From the NCBI RefSeq assembly GCF_009914755.1, contig NC_060935.1: a stretch of DNA of 64,000 bases. One strand, given 5' to 3'. Source of the DNA: the human T2T-CHM13v2.0 reference genome, Homo sapiens. The position numbers were made by a program, and so were the translations under genes. Below the pieces are notes generated by a model that worked only from the letters and a program-made list of their open reading frames with translations, was not told where the DNA came from and did no database searches. Of the stretch, positions 1-15,989 are shown in pieces. Position 1 is the stretch's first letter. The number at the start of each line of letters is the position of its first letter.

Positions 1-63
1 TGATCCACCCACCTCAGCCTCCCAAAGTGCTGGGATTATAGGCGTGAGCCACCATGCCAGGCC
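1..63 (-). mobile_element. Alu 5' end (cut by the window edge)
   Basis: Reverse complement of the Alu left-arm start. Confidence 0.95.
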
Positions 64-79
64 AAGAAATACATTTTTA

Positions 80-378
<299 letters not shown>

Positions 379-855
379 GAAATACATTTTTATTTCAGAA
401 ATCCTTTCTAAGATGTAAGTAACGGACCAATGAAAACTCTTCTCATTTTTTTCTTATGTAGGATTGAACAGAACAAATTGTTCACACTTTGTGCTTCATC
501 CTTATAATACAGCTTCTGCCTCCTCAGCAAGTGACTAACAGTACATGTCTAAAGACCTTAAAAAGTATCGAAATTATCTTAACCATGGAAATATCCAGCT
601 GCAAATACATGCCAAATTCCTTATCTGTAATTTTTGTAACTGAACAAACAAGCCCCTGTATTACAGCATGAAGAAGTTTTTGAAACTGAAATGTACTGCT
701 CACTTCACAATCATGTTCTGTCTATCCTTGCTATTTAGCTTGGGGAAGGTTATCAAGTTCTGAGGAGAGGAGAAAGGAGAAAAGGAAGGGAGCCAGAAAG
801 AAAGGGTGGGACCAAGAAGCCAAGGAACTTAAGACGAGTTAAGAACAGGTAGAAA

Positions 856-1150
856 GGCCAGGCACGGTGGCTCACGCCTGTAATCCCAGCACTTCGGGAG
901 ATCAAGGTGGGCGGATCACCTGAGGTCGGGAGTTTGACACCAGACTGACCAACATGGAGAAACCCCATCTCTACTAAAAATACAAAATTAGCCGGGCGTG
1001 GTGGCACATGCCTGTAATCCCAGCTACTGGGGAGGCTGAGGCAGGAGAATCGCTTGAACCCGGGAGGTGGAGGTTGCGGTGAGCGAGATGGCACCATTGC
1101 ACTCCAGCCTGGGCGACAAGAGCTAAACTCCGTCTCAAAAAGAAAAGAGA
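856..1150 (+). mobile_element. Alu (S-like)
   Basis: Full dimer. Confidence 0.97.
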
Positions 1151-1978
1151 ATGGGTAGAAAGACAGAATGCTAAAACTGTCAGCAGTCCCCCAGATGGAA
1201 GACAGGAGAGAAATAATTTAAAACAACAGAAAGCCTTTTCTTTGTGGTCCAGAGAGAGGAAGAGGAGATCTGGATAAAACTGCTGAAAAATTTGGGGGCG
1301 GGGGTGAGGTGAAGAACCTAACAGTAAGTCTTGGAAGATGAAATACAACTCTGTTGATTACTGAAGGATGAACCAAATAACAGGACTGGGCCCACACAAT
1401 AAAGAAGAAAAGAGGGCGGCTGGTTGTGGAGTTAAAGCAGAGAGAAGAAAAAGAAACAGCTACAGAAATTCCCCAAGGTGCAGGGTACAGGGCTGGGGAA
1501 GGTGCGAATGTTTGGGAATAAAAACAAACTTTGAAAAACAACAAAAAACAAGTCTTTTCAAAGCCTGGCCTCAGACTTAGGGTAAGTTCTCCCTGAGAGA
1601 TTTAAAGGTAAATAAAGAAGAAGCAAGTTAAGACTGAAAGCTTTGACTGATCTAACAGGAACATGTGGCATTATGGTTGTAATGCCACAAATTTAGTATT
1701 TAGTATTTTGTGAAGTATTCACAAAGAAATGAACAGGATGCTGCATAATTTTTTACATTGTTTTCCAGGGGCATGTTGATGAGAAATGCTACTCCCTCCA
1801 TTTTGTCCCCAGCATGTGTATGATGAATAAGAAGAGGTGGGGGCGGGGGAGAGAGATTCTTCCCATCCACCAAATGCTACCCTGATTACCCACGTCAGTC
1901 CTAACTCCTGCATTGCCCCAGGTGCCAGTCAGCAAGGCCTACGCCATTTGCTTTGCCATCTCCGCATTGTCCACTCAC

Positions 1979-2029
1979 TTGCTCTGCCCTTCTGTCCATT
2001 TCACTGAGCTGGAGCTCCCAGCAGCAACT
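1979..2029 (-). CDS. WT1: WT1 exon 5 (51 nt, alternative 17-aa exon VAAGSSSSVKWTEGQSN)
   Basis: Acceptor CTTCTTCTTTTCTAG| at 2030, donor GCAA|GTGAGT; symmetric phase 2. Too short for the ORF track. Confidence 0.99.
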
Positions 2030-2912
2030 CTAGAAAAGAAGAAGAGGTGGGGAGTGGGGAATGGAGCATGCATGGATCTGGCAAGCCCCCCAGATCCCAG
2101 AATCCAGTGAAAAGCCCCTCAATACACAGAGACATCAAGCTAGCTATCAAGAGTGCTGAACTAAGTCCCCAGTCCCACTGGGGCCAATGGTGGGGTGGAA
2201 GGCACCACCGGAGGCTGCAAAGAGCTTGGGCTTTGGAATCAGATCTGGACTTGGCATCCCAGCTCTAGCACTTAGTAGGATGTGAACCTGGGAAGTAACT
2301 TAACCCTCTGAGCTTGGTTTACTTATCTGTAAACCAAGCAGTACTTAGCTCTCATGAGAGTGTTGGGAAGATAAGATGAGGTAACCTGGAAGGACACCTG
2401 ACACGCTGCAGGCACTTCATGAGTGTTCTATGCTACTGCCCATCTCTTCACACTTGGTAGAAAATGAAAAGTGAGCTCTTTCAATGGTGAAAGCAAGTCC
2501 CACCTGCCTTCTTTTTTTTATTTTTTCATTTTTAGGTGCAAAGAGTAGCTCCTTCTGATGTTTCCTGGCTGTATTCTCCCTATTATGGTTGTATTATCAA
2601 GTATGGAAAGAAAAACCCTGTTGGTGCAATCAGGTATGGGCGTATCTGACTGTGAATTGCCCAGATCAGCATCACACAAATACAAATTTGGATCCCGGAC
2701 TTTGCACACCCAAAGCACTTCTTGATAAGATAGTGGAATGGTTAACAACTGTGATATCATAGTAAAACACAATTATTAAATGAGGTTGAATAGCCTTTGA
2801 AGAATTATAAAACATTCAACAAGACCATAATAAGTGTCCTCAATATTCCTTGTTCCAGATAGAAACAACCCACATTTATGTTTTTGAAAATTTAATACTG
2901 AACACAACTCAC

Positions 2913-3295
<383 letters not shown>

Positions 3296-5186
3296 TCATC
3301 CCACTGATCTCTGCACAGTTATACACTTCATACACAGCAGAAGGGATGTGAGAGTAACTCAGAAGCATTTTTTAAAACCTTTGTATAGCAACTATTGAAG
3401 TTTCTAAAGAAGTATTAAACCTTTGAGGGGAAAAGGCTAAGGGGAGTGAAACTTTGAAAGGCAACACAGGCTGGATAACTCAACATTAAAGTTAAAAGCC
3501 TGGAGCTGAAAGTAAAGACAGCAGATTAATTATTCGTGAAAAGGCCATTAAGTTGTTTTAATCAAAAGGATAAGTATCATGTGGATTATGAGGGTCTGAA
3601 AAGTCAGAGTGATGGGTGATAAATGGTCTAAAAAGCAAGGATGTGACAAGCAGAAGAAAGACGATGATAAACTCTATGCACAGCGGAAGGAATCATTTTC
3701 TATATGTTTTATAATCCTGGTACAAGTCAAATTAAAAAAAAAAAAAAAGAGCCCAGTTCTATAAGACTCTATGAGGGAAATGGCTTATCATTTACATTAA
3801 GACTCCAAAGAAGTCTTACACCGCTATGTAAACCAACAAAAAGCTGTTCTGTCCCCTCTGTATTTATCTCATTCCTAGAAAATTAGCACATGAATCAATT
3901 GCCAGAAATCTCCTAAATTACCAAGCTCCATCAGGAATAAATTTATGCCTGAACTGAAATGGTTAATTATGAAATTTGAGACCCAAGAGACCAAGAGTTT
4001 TTCTGGGACCTCTTGGTCTAAACACTTTACAGAAGAAAAATTTCACTCTACCTTCATGGCAGAAATGAAAAAAGATAAGAGGCATTTAATATCCGATGTG
4101 TGGTATCAGATTGCAGATATAGGACCATCTCTGTCTGGTCATGGCATTCTTTTAAGCTGCTTCACTGGGCAGAGGCAACACCAAATTTTAATTCAGAAAG
4201 GCTTTTTTCAGGCCAAGCATAACTGGGAACTTGAGGAGGGGAGAGGGAAATTACAGCAACTCAGAATAAATGAATTCTGTGCTCTCTGTCCGCATAGCGT
4301 GATAAATCATGGCAGAGTCCATCTGACTCTCATATAATAACTCTGAAAATTATTTGGAACTCCTTAGTGGTGGGTACACAGGATAAGGAGGAAATCAGAT
4401 TCCAGGAGGGAATTTTGCATATGAAAAGTGAAGTGACTTCAAACTCAAAGTATGTGCCGTTTCATTAGTCAGTGTGTATCTGGACGCCGTCACTCATCCC
4501 CGTGTCTGACTGGCTATTATGCTACTACAATATCCTACATATCAATGAAAAAAAATGATGAGTTTCTCCTGCAGCTTCCCTGTTTGTAGCAGCAGCCCGT
4601 ACTGGTCTGTGCCACAACATTTTGCAATTCCACAAATTCTTGCTGTAAGGCTGGAGTAATTAATTCCTGAAGGACCCCAACTTTTATTAGAAGTGCCAGC
4701 CTGCAGCATTTACCACAGGAGAGTTTCTTGAACTTTCTTTGGGCTGACAGTTCATTAATAAGCGGCCTCCTCCACAATCTCTCTACTGGTTTTTGTTCTC
4801 CTGCGCCTTTTCATCAAGCAATCCATTTATTAATCTTACCATTAATCTCAGCCAACAGGCATTGTATTCCCCAGGCAGCTCTATATTTTTGTCACTAATT
4901 TTTTAAAAATTGTTCACCAACTAAAATCACTCAGCCCCAGTTGACAATTTTCCTAGGCCCTTTGGGGATATGGGATCTTTCTGAAATTATTTCATCCTTT
5001 CACAACTCAGAAAATCATAATTTTCAAGAGAACTGGGAAAGAAAGATGAGTGACAGACGCTGATGCAGAAGGGTGAATGAATCCCAAATATCTAACTTTA
5101 TGAGTTGGAAATTTTCTCACAGACTTAAAGAATAGTCTGGTTGATTCCTAAGGTCTCTGTAAGGAAGTACCCCAAAGAGAAAATAA

Positions 5187-5772
<586 letters not shown>

Positions 5773-8700
5773 TCTATAAGTTTTGGGACATTGAGCAAAT
5801 CAGTTCAGCTCCCTGCCCCTCAGTTTTCTCATCTGTTCAATGGGAATATTAATCTCCATCAGTCTAACTGTACAGAAATGTTGTGAGGCCCATAAAAGGT
5901 AATGCCCTCAATGGCCCTTTGAAGATGATACAGATAATATACTTTAATTACTTTAATTTGTTCTAACCTACCAAATTTTGCACAGCACTTTCACACATTC
6001 TCAATACTGCTCACAACTTTGTGAGGCAGATGTAATTCTGAGTCCCCATTTATTAGATGAGGGTTGAGGCACAGAGAGATGCCCAGTGCTGGCATGCCTG
6101 AGCCCCCACCCTCACTCTGCCCTGCCCCTATGAAGGCATCCTGAGCCTCATCCTCTCATTACCATTTATATAATAATAATAATAACAATAATACAGACAA
6201 GAGTCTGGAGGTGAAAGAGAATATGCTCAAGGGAGCATCATGACCTACTCAGTCTCTAGAAAATGACGATGCTGCAAGATGCCCCATGTGTCCTCTTCAG
6301 CTCACTAAGGGCAGAGTGCCAAGATCCCAATAGAAGCCCCCTTTGCCATTCTAGCTGTCCTGATAGCTTAGCCTGCAAACTCTCAGAAGAGGAGAGAAGG
6401 TGGGGAGGATGTATGGGACAGAAGGACTTTCAGAAAATCCCCAAGCTACTAATAGGTTTCCTGAGGCCAGAGATAGGATCAGAGCACAGTTTTAACCACA
6501 TCCTGCCTTTTGCTGGCTGGGGCTCCTCAGCTGCTCAGTCAGTGGGCCTGGCTGGCACGGCCTTTCAAATGGAAGTCAATGACAGCAATGACAATAACGG
6601 CTGCTGGGGAGGGGACAAAAATGTGAACTGGAGCTAAAAATACTGGGCCGAAGCATGCTCAGGCTCTGATCTCTTTGGGCAATCGCTCAACACCCAGCTC
6701 TCATCATGGAAGCCCATGGAAAGAGGCAGCTTCGTTCAAGGAATATAGAGCCTCTGGCAAATGAAGCATCTAATTACTCAATAACCACTGTAGGTGCCAC
6801 CACCTCATTCCCAGAGGAGATCAGATAAGCAGGTGGTTTGGCTTACAGCGACCACTGTGGTCACGTAGGCATTTCAGCTCCAACCGTCTAACTCTGCCTG
6901 TTCGGAAGTGAACTTTCAAATTGCAGGCTGCCAAAATGTATTCCAAAAGTCATGGTGTCCTTTATATTTTTTAAGTAGATTTTTTTTAAAGTCACTTGTT
7001 TCCTATGTAAGAATGTTTGAAGTTGGAGGCAAAGGAAAGAGGAAAGAAACTTCTATAACTGGGATTAATGCAAGTTGGAGTAAAATAAAAGGAAGTCAGT
7101 CCTAGCAAAAAGGGGGAGCTTAAAAGGAAATCAGTAGTAGATCATATAGAGTTTGTTTTGGCCTGAACTGCAGTATTATTAAGTTCTCGACCTCTGCACA
7201 AAAAGAAAGGAAGAAAAAAAGCCTCAGCTGTTATCTAGATGAGAACTCCTCCACTCTTCAAACGCATGTGTGATTCAAGCACATTTTCATCTTTAAGTCT
7301 GTTTATTATATTCAGCAGAATAATTTGTGTCATCAAGGGAATAGAACCATCTAACCTGGCTGAGATCAGGGTCACCTCTGCCACGTAGCTGCTGGCTGGC
7401 CAGGTAACATCTTGGAAGAAGTAAAGAGCTGCCCCCAGAGGATAAAAAATAAAAAGGCTCAAAGTAGACATAACTGGCATCTGTGATTAGAATTCATGTT
7501 TCCAGCTTTTTCGGTAATAGCTGTGTCCCACACCAACAGAAAGGCCTCTGTGGGTGTACCTCTACCTAATAACTTAACAGAGGGTGCAGCCAGACTTCCA
7601 CACACCCTTTTCCTGTGCTCCTCCCTTTGAGGTGCTTTGCAGCCTGCCTGCCTAGAAATTTCTGCCCAGCAGGCCATAATGAATAATTATTTCACAGTCA
7701 CTCTCTTGGTATTGTAATTTCTCTCAAGCTCACCAGCTAACCAAAGAAAAACCCACTGGGGATTCCATTTCTATTAATAAACACTTGGTCAGCACAAAAG
7801 TTACAGGAATATTTGGAACTAGATTTTTCCTCCTCCCTGGAGACGAGTTTAATTCAAGCCTGTGGCTTTGATAACATTGCCCATCACCCTGGAAGCCGTT
7901 TCAGACCTTCCACCTTCTGCCTATCATTGCAGGAAACAAATATTGATTTTCTACTAAGGGAAAAGGCAGTGTACAATGTACATAGGTACACAAGTGAAAA
8001 GAGGCATTATTAATTACAATTTTATTTTCTTGGGCATGGGCTGTCATCTGATTTCTGTCTATGTTGAAGGCCAACCCAAGTGGTAGATCGGCACTTCCCA
8101 CTGAGTTATGGAACCCAAGATTTCCCAGAAACTCTATGGCTGCTGAGGAAGTTTCTCTCATATGAAAAATAATCTACTTGTAACAGGCTCCACTGTCAAT
8201 GTCACCATTTGTGAATCATCACATCCAGTTCAAAACAGACTAACATTGAATGATTGCTTCCAGAGTCGGAGTGGTTTCACCTGCTAACAGGCAAAAGTAC
8301 AGCAAAAGGAAATATCTTCATTTAAATTCGTAGCACAGTTGCTAAAGAAGAATATGCAAACCTAATAAAAGAGCAAAAGGAAAGGGAAAGGGCTAGAATG
8401 CCTAAAAGAAACAATCAGTGTGCATGGGAATATTTTTCAAACGCAGTGCACAGAACTTTTCAAAGTAGCCATGAGGATCATATGTGAAGTCGGTATAGTC
8501 AAGGACTGGGGTCTCCGAGGAAGTCAGCAAAAAGATGAGGCAAAGGGACTCTGGGAAGGAAAGACAGCAGAAAAGGCCCAGCTAGCTGCCTTTTCTAGGT
8601 AGAAATTAGGGGGGAAATTGTGCCTAGTAAGGTTGGACCCCACTACTCCCTACACTGACAGAAGAACTTTTCCCTGGTACCTTCCCTCTGGGCAAGCCCA

Positions 8701-9369
8701 AACCAGGGTGGTCCTGGAAGCAGTCATTCTTTCTGGGTCTGGATGGACAGGGAGAAAGGTCTCTGCCCTGCAATTCTTTAGGTGCCTGGGCTGAACTTCA
8801 CCCCAACAGTTCACACCCAGTGGTAAAGACAAAACTGGAGGAGTCTGGAGTTTGAAAGACAACTGCTCTGTGTGTTAGAACTTCAGGAGAATGCTCAAGC
8901 CTGCTTCTGATAATGGCCTTCAGGGAAAACGCTGTCCCAAACCACTAAGAACTTTCTGTTGAAAGCTACAGGTAAAACTAATGGATAACTGACTTCTTTC
9001 ACAACTGTGGGAAATAGGAGACCATCCTTGAGTGAGACTGAGGACAGATGCCACCTTCACAAAGAGAATGGCACTTATCCATCTAGAGAGAAAGCAAGTG
9101 CAGAGGGTAGGAGGATGGATTCTGGAGCTGTATTGCCTGAATTTGAACACCACTTCCGTCCCTTAACTGTGTCACACTGGGGAAATTTACTTCTCAGGGC
9201 CTGAGTTTCCTCCTCTGTAAAATGGCAGTGATAACCTGTTGTGTCCTTCAGAGAGTCACTAGGTAGATTAAATAAGTCAACACTTGTAAAGTGCTTACAG
9301 TGGTACCTGGTGCATGTTAAGTCTACATAAGCATGTGCTCTTATGATTTATGAGCAAAAGTGATACATT

Positions 9370-9727
<358 letters not shown>

Positions 9728-10384
9728 TCACTCAGTGATTCAGAGCACAGCTGGGCTGTGAAGTCAGAGAGACTAAGGATCAAATCCTGATTCTGATTCT
9801 CACTTGCTGTGTGACTTTGAGCAAGTTACTTTGAGACTCTGAACTTAAACTAGAAATTATAGTACCTGCCTCAACGAGTAGTCAAAAGGGTTAAATGGGT
9901 AAACTGAGTGAACCATTTAACGTCATGCACAGCAACATATAGTCAGCATGCAATAAATTCCAGTTATTACATTATAAGGACTCATGCTGTCATCCAACAA
10001 TGATCACTGGGTTCCGTAAGGGCAGACACCTGGTTTCAGAAACCCTAGTGACCTTTACACAAAACTCCACCCACCTTGTATATGAGAGGAGAGGGTAAGG
10101 AGGATAGAGAAAACCACCTCCTGTCATTTCCCATAAGTTGCTGATTGAATGTATTTTCTATTCACTGTTGTTCATAGCCACAACAAATATATATGCAGCT
10201 GCAACTCCTCAGAACTGTCACCTGAGAGAAAGGAGGGAATTGTGCAGGGGACAAGGGAAGAACTGGGATTTTGAGAATGTCCTCAAAGCACACTCCACAC
10301 TGTATTTTGCTTATTTAATGTCAGATCTGTACCATTACCTTTCTTTAGACTGACAAGGGAAAGTATATCCAAAGACTGGGAAGA

Positions 10385-10689
10385 GGCCCAGCACAGCGGC
10401 TCACACCTGTAATCCCAGCACTTTTCGAGGCCAAGGTGGGCAGATTACCTGAGATCAGGAGTTTGAGACCAACCTGGCCAACATGGTGAAACCCCGTCTC
10501 TACTAAAAATACAAAAATTAGCTGGGCATGGTGGCCAGCACCTATAATCTCAGCTACTTGGGAGGCTGAGGCACAAGAATCACTTGAATCTGGGAGATGG
10601 AGTTGCAGTGAGCCAAGATTGTGCCACTGCACTCCAGCCTGGGCGACAGAGTGAGACTGTCTCGAAAAGAAAAAAAAAAAAAAAAAAAG
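10385..10689 (+). mobile_element. Alu with TSD AAAGACTGGGGAAGA
   Basis: Full dimer with TSD. Confidence 0.97.
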
Positions 10690-13443
10690 ACTGGGGAAGA
10701 AAAAGTTTGGTGAGGGAGGGGGAGAAAAAGCTGGGCAGTCAGCCTCAGAGGGTCAAATGCAACAAGGCAAACAAAATACAAGCAAGCTTTCCCCAGAAAG
10801 TCCCAAACTTTAGAGAGAAAAAATGAATGAAACCAGGGACCAGTAGAAGCACCACTGAATACCTAAAATCCAAAAGTTAGGGTGTTAAGCAATTAAAGTT
10901 TAGTCCTATTTTTTATGCTTCTTCAACCATTACATTCACAAAAGCATTTAAATACCCTTTCAAACTTGTTTAGGAGTAGGAAAGAGGGAAACCATATAAC
11001 TGTAGTAATGTTGGTGCACAGACCCAGGTTTAAAACATTCCTACACCTGCCCATTCATCTTTAGACTGCAAGGGAAGCACATGATCTTTGAAAACTGAAT
11101 GGAAATGTTAATTTAGAGTGAATGGAGCTTTCAAGATCCAGACAGCACAAATTCCAAGGGAACAAACTCTTCCTACAGGGGTCACAAATTCTTTTTTGAG
11201 ATGTTACTACTTGGGAAATTTTCTGTGAGAGGGAAAAATAGTATTTTTATTGGATTTGTGTAAAAATAACAGGACCAAAGAAAGTTCCTCAATTATAAAG
11301 AAAGAAGATAGAAATAAACAAATACTTCTGAAAGGTGAATTTGATGAAGTGCTTAATACAGTGGCCAATCAGAAGCTGGATTAGAAAACGTGAAAATTTA
11401 TGTGATGTTTCCTACTTCCCTAGCAACCACAAAATCAGACCTAAGTCAAAATCCACCATAGGCACCCTGGAGAATTGCTATTAAACCAGTGGTAATGATC
11501 GCTTTTTCCTGGACTCCTCTTTCAAGGCTGCCAGGTCCTCTGATGGACCCCTTCCTAGGGTCCCACAGGGTGAGTCTCGGCTTGGGAGAGGGAAGTAACG
11601 GATGTGTGTGTAGCTTCGAGTCACTGAGGCACCAGACTGCAAGGTCTTCCAGTCCCCAACCCCCAAGAACACCTCCCATATCGACAGTGCCCACTCCCGC
11701 ATCAAGGTCTTCTCTCAGCCTAGTGTGACACACCAACTGAGTCCACAGGGAGCTAAGGAGGAAGGGGTGGACCAAGGTCATTACGTGGGAACCATTCCAA
11801 CAGCCCGCCTGATGGCTACTAGAATAACAGCAATGACACCCTGGCAATGGGCAGGAGCAGCTACACAAGAAGAATGGCAATGGCCCCGCTGCCAGTTTTG
11901 CTAGGGAAGGAGATTCACCTCAGAGAATAGGTGCGAATCCTGCCCCCATTCCAAAGACTTTACCCACCGAAGGGAGGCGCTGAGGTGGCAGGCTTGGGGC
12001 AGCATGCCGCGCCTGTGGTGCAGAACAGGAATGATTTCTAGCTAGGGACGCAGAAAAAGAAGGATGGGGAGGTGCGACCATTGGTGTTCTTGCCCACCGC
12101 CTGCCTCCACCCGCCCAAAAAAAGTGTGATGAGGAATCCAAGTTTCGAATAGATAAACCGGATGTTCCGGGGGAAAAAAAGGAAAAAAAAAGGTTTCTCC
12201 AGTCCGCGCGCCTCAGGCGTTAGAAATAGAAGGGGCGCATCCCTGCACCTCTCTAGAAACTCCCGGGAAGGAGAACCTTAGATGCGAGAGCCAGGCCAGC
12301 CCCGGGCTCACTCTCGTAAAGGCAGCAAGGGCCTGGGGCTGCGCCTCGCTCCGGATAGAGGACTCCCGCCCCTCCTCCACCTGCGGGACTGGACAGTCCC
12401 CCAGGCGCGGCCACTCCCCCACCCAATCTCCCAGGGCAGGCGCTTTTCCTTCCTTCATGACCTCACTACCTCCTTCCCTTGACGTCAGCCCCGGGTCCCC
12501 GCGCGGAGGGGAGGGAGGATGGGGATGGGTTTGGGGGCAGCCGGTGTCAGGATCCCCGAGCACCAGGGAGGAGGGGGCTATGAGGTCATGCGCGCCCAAT
12601 CCCGGGCCGCACAGGCCTCGCGCTGCTGCTCCCCGGCCCCCGCCCCAACTTCCAGCCCCGTGCGGGCTGGTGTGCGCCGCAGTTACTAGGCAACCCTATC
12701 GCAGACGCGGGCGGCCGGCCAAGTTCACCCAAAGTTGAAGAAAAAATTTGGGGGAGAGAAGGTGGAGCGAGAGGCGAGAAGAGGAAGCACGGAGCGGGGA
12801 AAAGCTTGGAAGGGAATGAAGCTGGCCTTGGGCCTCCCGCTCACAGGAAGAAGGTCCCACGCGGGCCAGAGCAGCCTCCCCGCAGGGCCCTGTTGCGACC
12901 CGATCTCCGTCCTGCACCCCGGCCGGGGGCCCACCCCAGAGCGTAGCAGGGGCGCTGGGAACGACGTCCACAAAGCGCTGCCACGGGTCGAAACCCTGGA
13001 GGGTTGAGGTGGGGAGAAGGCTGTGGCCAAGGCTGTGGCCGAAGGTACGCGCCTTCGAGGTAGTCTGGCCGGTGTGGCCATTGGATGGGTTTGAGGTCTC
13101 AGAACCGAGTGGGAGTGGACTCCGTGTTTAATATTTAGTCCCGATGAAGGTAAATTCCTCCCAGTAAAGACCTTCTAAAAATAATAACTTCTCGAGCGCC
13201 GCTCCTTCTTCAGCTCGAAAGAGTAATTGTCCTCATTTTTATACAACATAAGAACAACTCAGAGACCAGGGAGATCAGCTTTAATTTCCTCTAAGTAGTA
13301 GAGTGGAGTCGAGGCGTCTCGTGCCTCCAAGACCCTGCATGCCCGCAGTCAGGGCTGCCCGGCTGGGGCGTTCCCAAGTCCGCCGGCTCATGCGTCCCCT
13401 CCGGGGTCCCAAGGACCCAGACGCAGAGCCCAGCGCCTTCCTA

Positions 13444-13770
<327 letters not shown>

Positions 13771-13914
13771 TCATAGACTTAGTTGGATGGCGATGTCCCT
13801 AACGTACTTGGGATGGAGGGAGACCCAGTCTTGTCCTTTAAATACAGTGCCATTGGGGTAATGATTTCTAAGGTCCTTTTAGATGTCCTCCTTTGCCTAA
13901 TTTGCTGTGGGTTA

Positions 13915-14553
<639 letters not shown>

Positions 14554-15889
14554 TCAGGGGCCCGCGCACCAACTTTCATTAATTACTCGGAGCCAGTTAA
14601 ATGGCCTGGTCTTAAAAATGGGAAGAGTAATTACCGAGTAATGTTATCTGTCTGGGGCTACCCGACCTGACACCATGACACCCAAGGGAAAGCTGGTGAG
14701 GGGGAAAACAAGGGCCCCTTCCAGTTGGGCCTTCAGATGGCGACCCTGCGCTCTCCTCCTCCTCCCCCCTATGGGACCCACCTTGCGCCCAGGGGTCCGA
14801 CCCTGACCACTGCTGTAGGAGCCAACTTCCTCACTCCCCAGGCTGGACAACCAATTTCCTTTAGAGTGTGCCTGACACTGTATCTCCCTTTCCCTCCATG
14901 GTAGTGCTTCGGTCCTTTGCCTCAGTTTCCCCCTAGGGAAATCCTAGCATTCCCCCCCCCCCCCAAAGTGAGAAAAAGAGCGTGGAGCCTCAGTTGGAAA
15001 ACATAGTCTTTTATAATTTTTGTTATTAAATTGCTTTAAACTTATACCCCACAAGCTTCTGGAAAGCTGTTGCTGCCTCTGGGGAAAAGGATCCTTCGGC
15101 TAAAGATACGTCATTGGCCCCGGAACCCAAGGATGGGGTCTCATTCCTCTACAAGTTCCGGAGTCTGTGGCCTGAAGTCCAGACACAATGGCTAAGGAGA
15201 GCTGCTCCTATGGGATCCTGGCAGGGCCACCCCAGCAGCCTCAGATCCTCCTGGCCCAGGACTGCCCTGGGTCTCCAAACTTCACAAAATTCTCAGGAGT
15301 AAATTGGGTCAAACAGCACCCATTCTCCCACTCTTGCACTATTTGACCAAAGTGCCTCCAAAGACTTAAGCAGGACTCAGCCGATGAGCAGGACCCAGGG
15401 CATCGTTACCTCCATTTTCGAAACACACACGGACGCTCATGCACACACACCACCACCCCCCGCCCAGAAAAAAAAAAAAAGAAAAAGAAAAAAAAAAAGC
15501 TTCTCTGGGGCAACAGAGGCATGAGCCTGGAGGGTGGTGTGGCAGAGTGCAAGGGAGGGAAGGAGGGGGCAAATCCTAACTCCCGGATAGTACAGGTCCA
15601 GGCTTAAGTCTCACACACTGCTCAGCACCACACACTGGGGATTTGAGAAGCCACTAGCTTTTATCATATGACCTCGAGGGCCTCCATTTCTCTCCTGCTA
15701 AGTGGGCAAAGATAACCCCCGGCCCCGTTAGCTCTCCTGCATGGGCGAGCACGTTTGGGCTTCCACAGACTTCCTTTTGAAACCTGAGGCCTGGCCTTCT
15801 TTGAGGCCTATAGATGAGCTTACAAACGAAATTTGGCTCAGGGCACCCACTATTGCCCGGAGTGAAGGCCGAATTTCTGAAAGGACACT

Positions 15890-15940
15890 AAAAAGAGAGA
15901 GAGAGAAAGAGAGACAGACACAGAGAGAGAGAGAGAGAGG

Positions 15941-15976
<36 letters not shown>
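15890..15976. repeat. (GA)n microsatellite
   Basis: Direct observation. Confidence 0.98.
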
Positions 15977-15977
<1 letters not shown>

Positions 15978-15989
15978 GAAATAGAAGCT

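Noticed and set aside
2026-2033. Tandem acceptor TAG|AG at exon 5
   Set aside because: A 2-nt shift would break the frame, and the distal AG has an unfavourable GAG context
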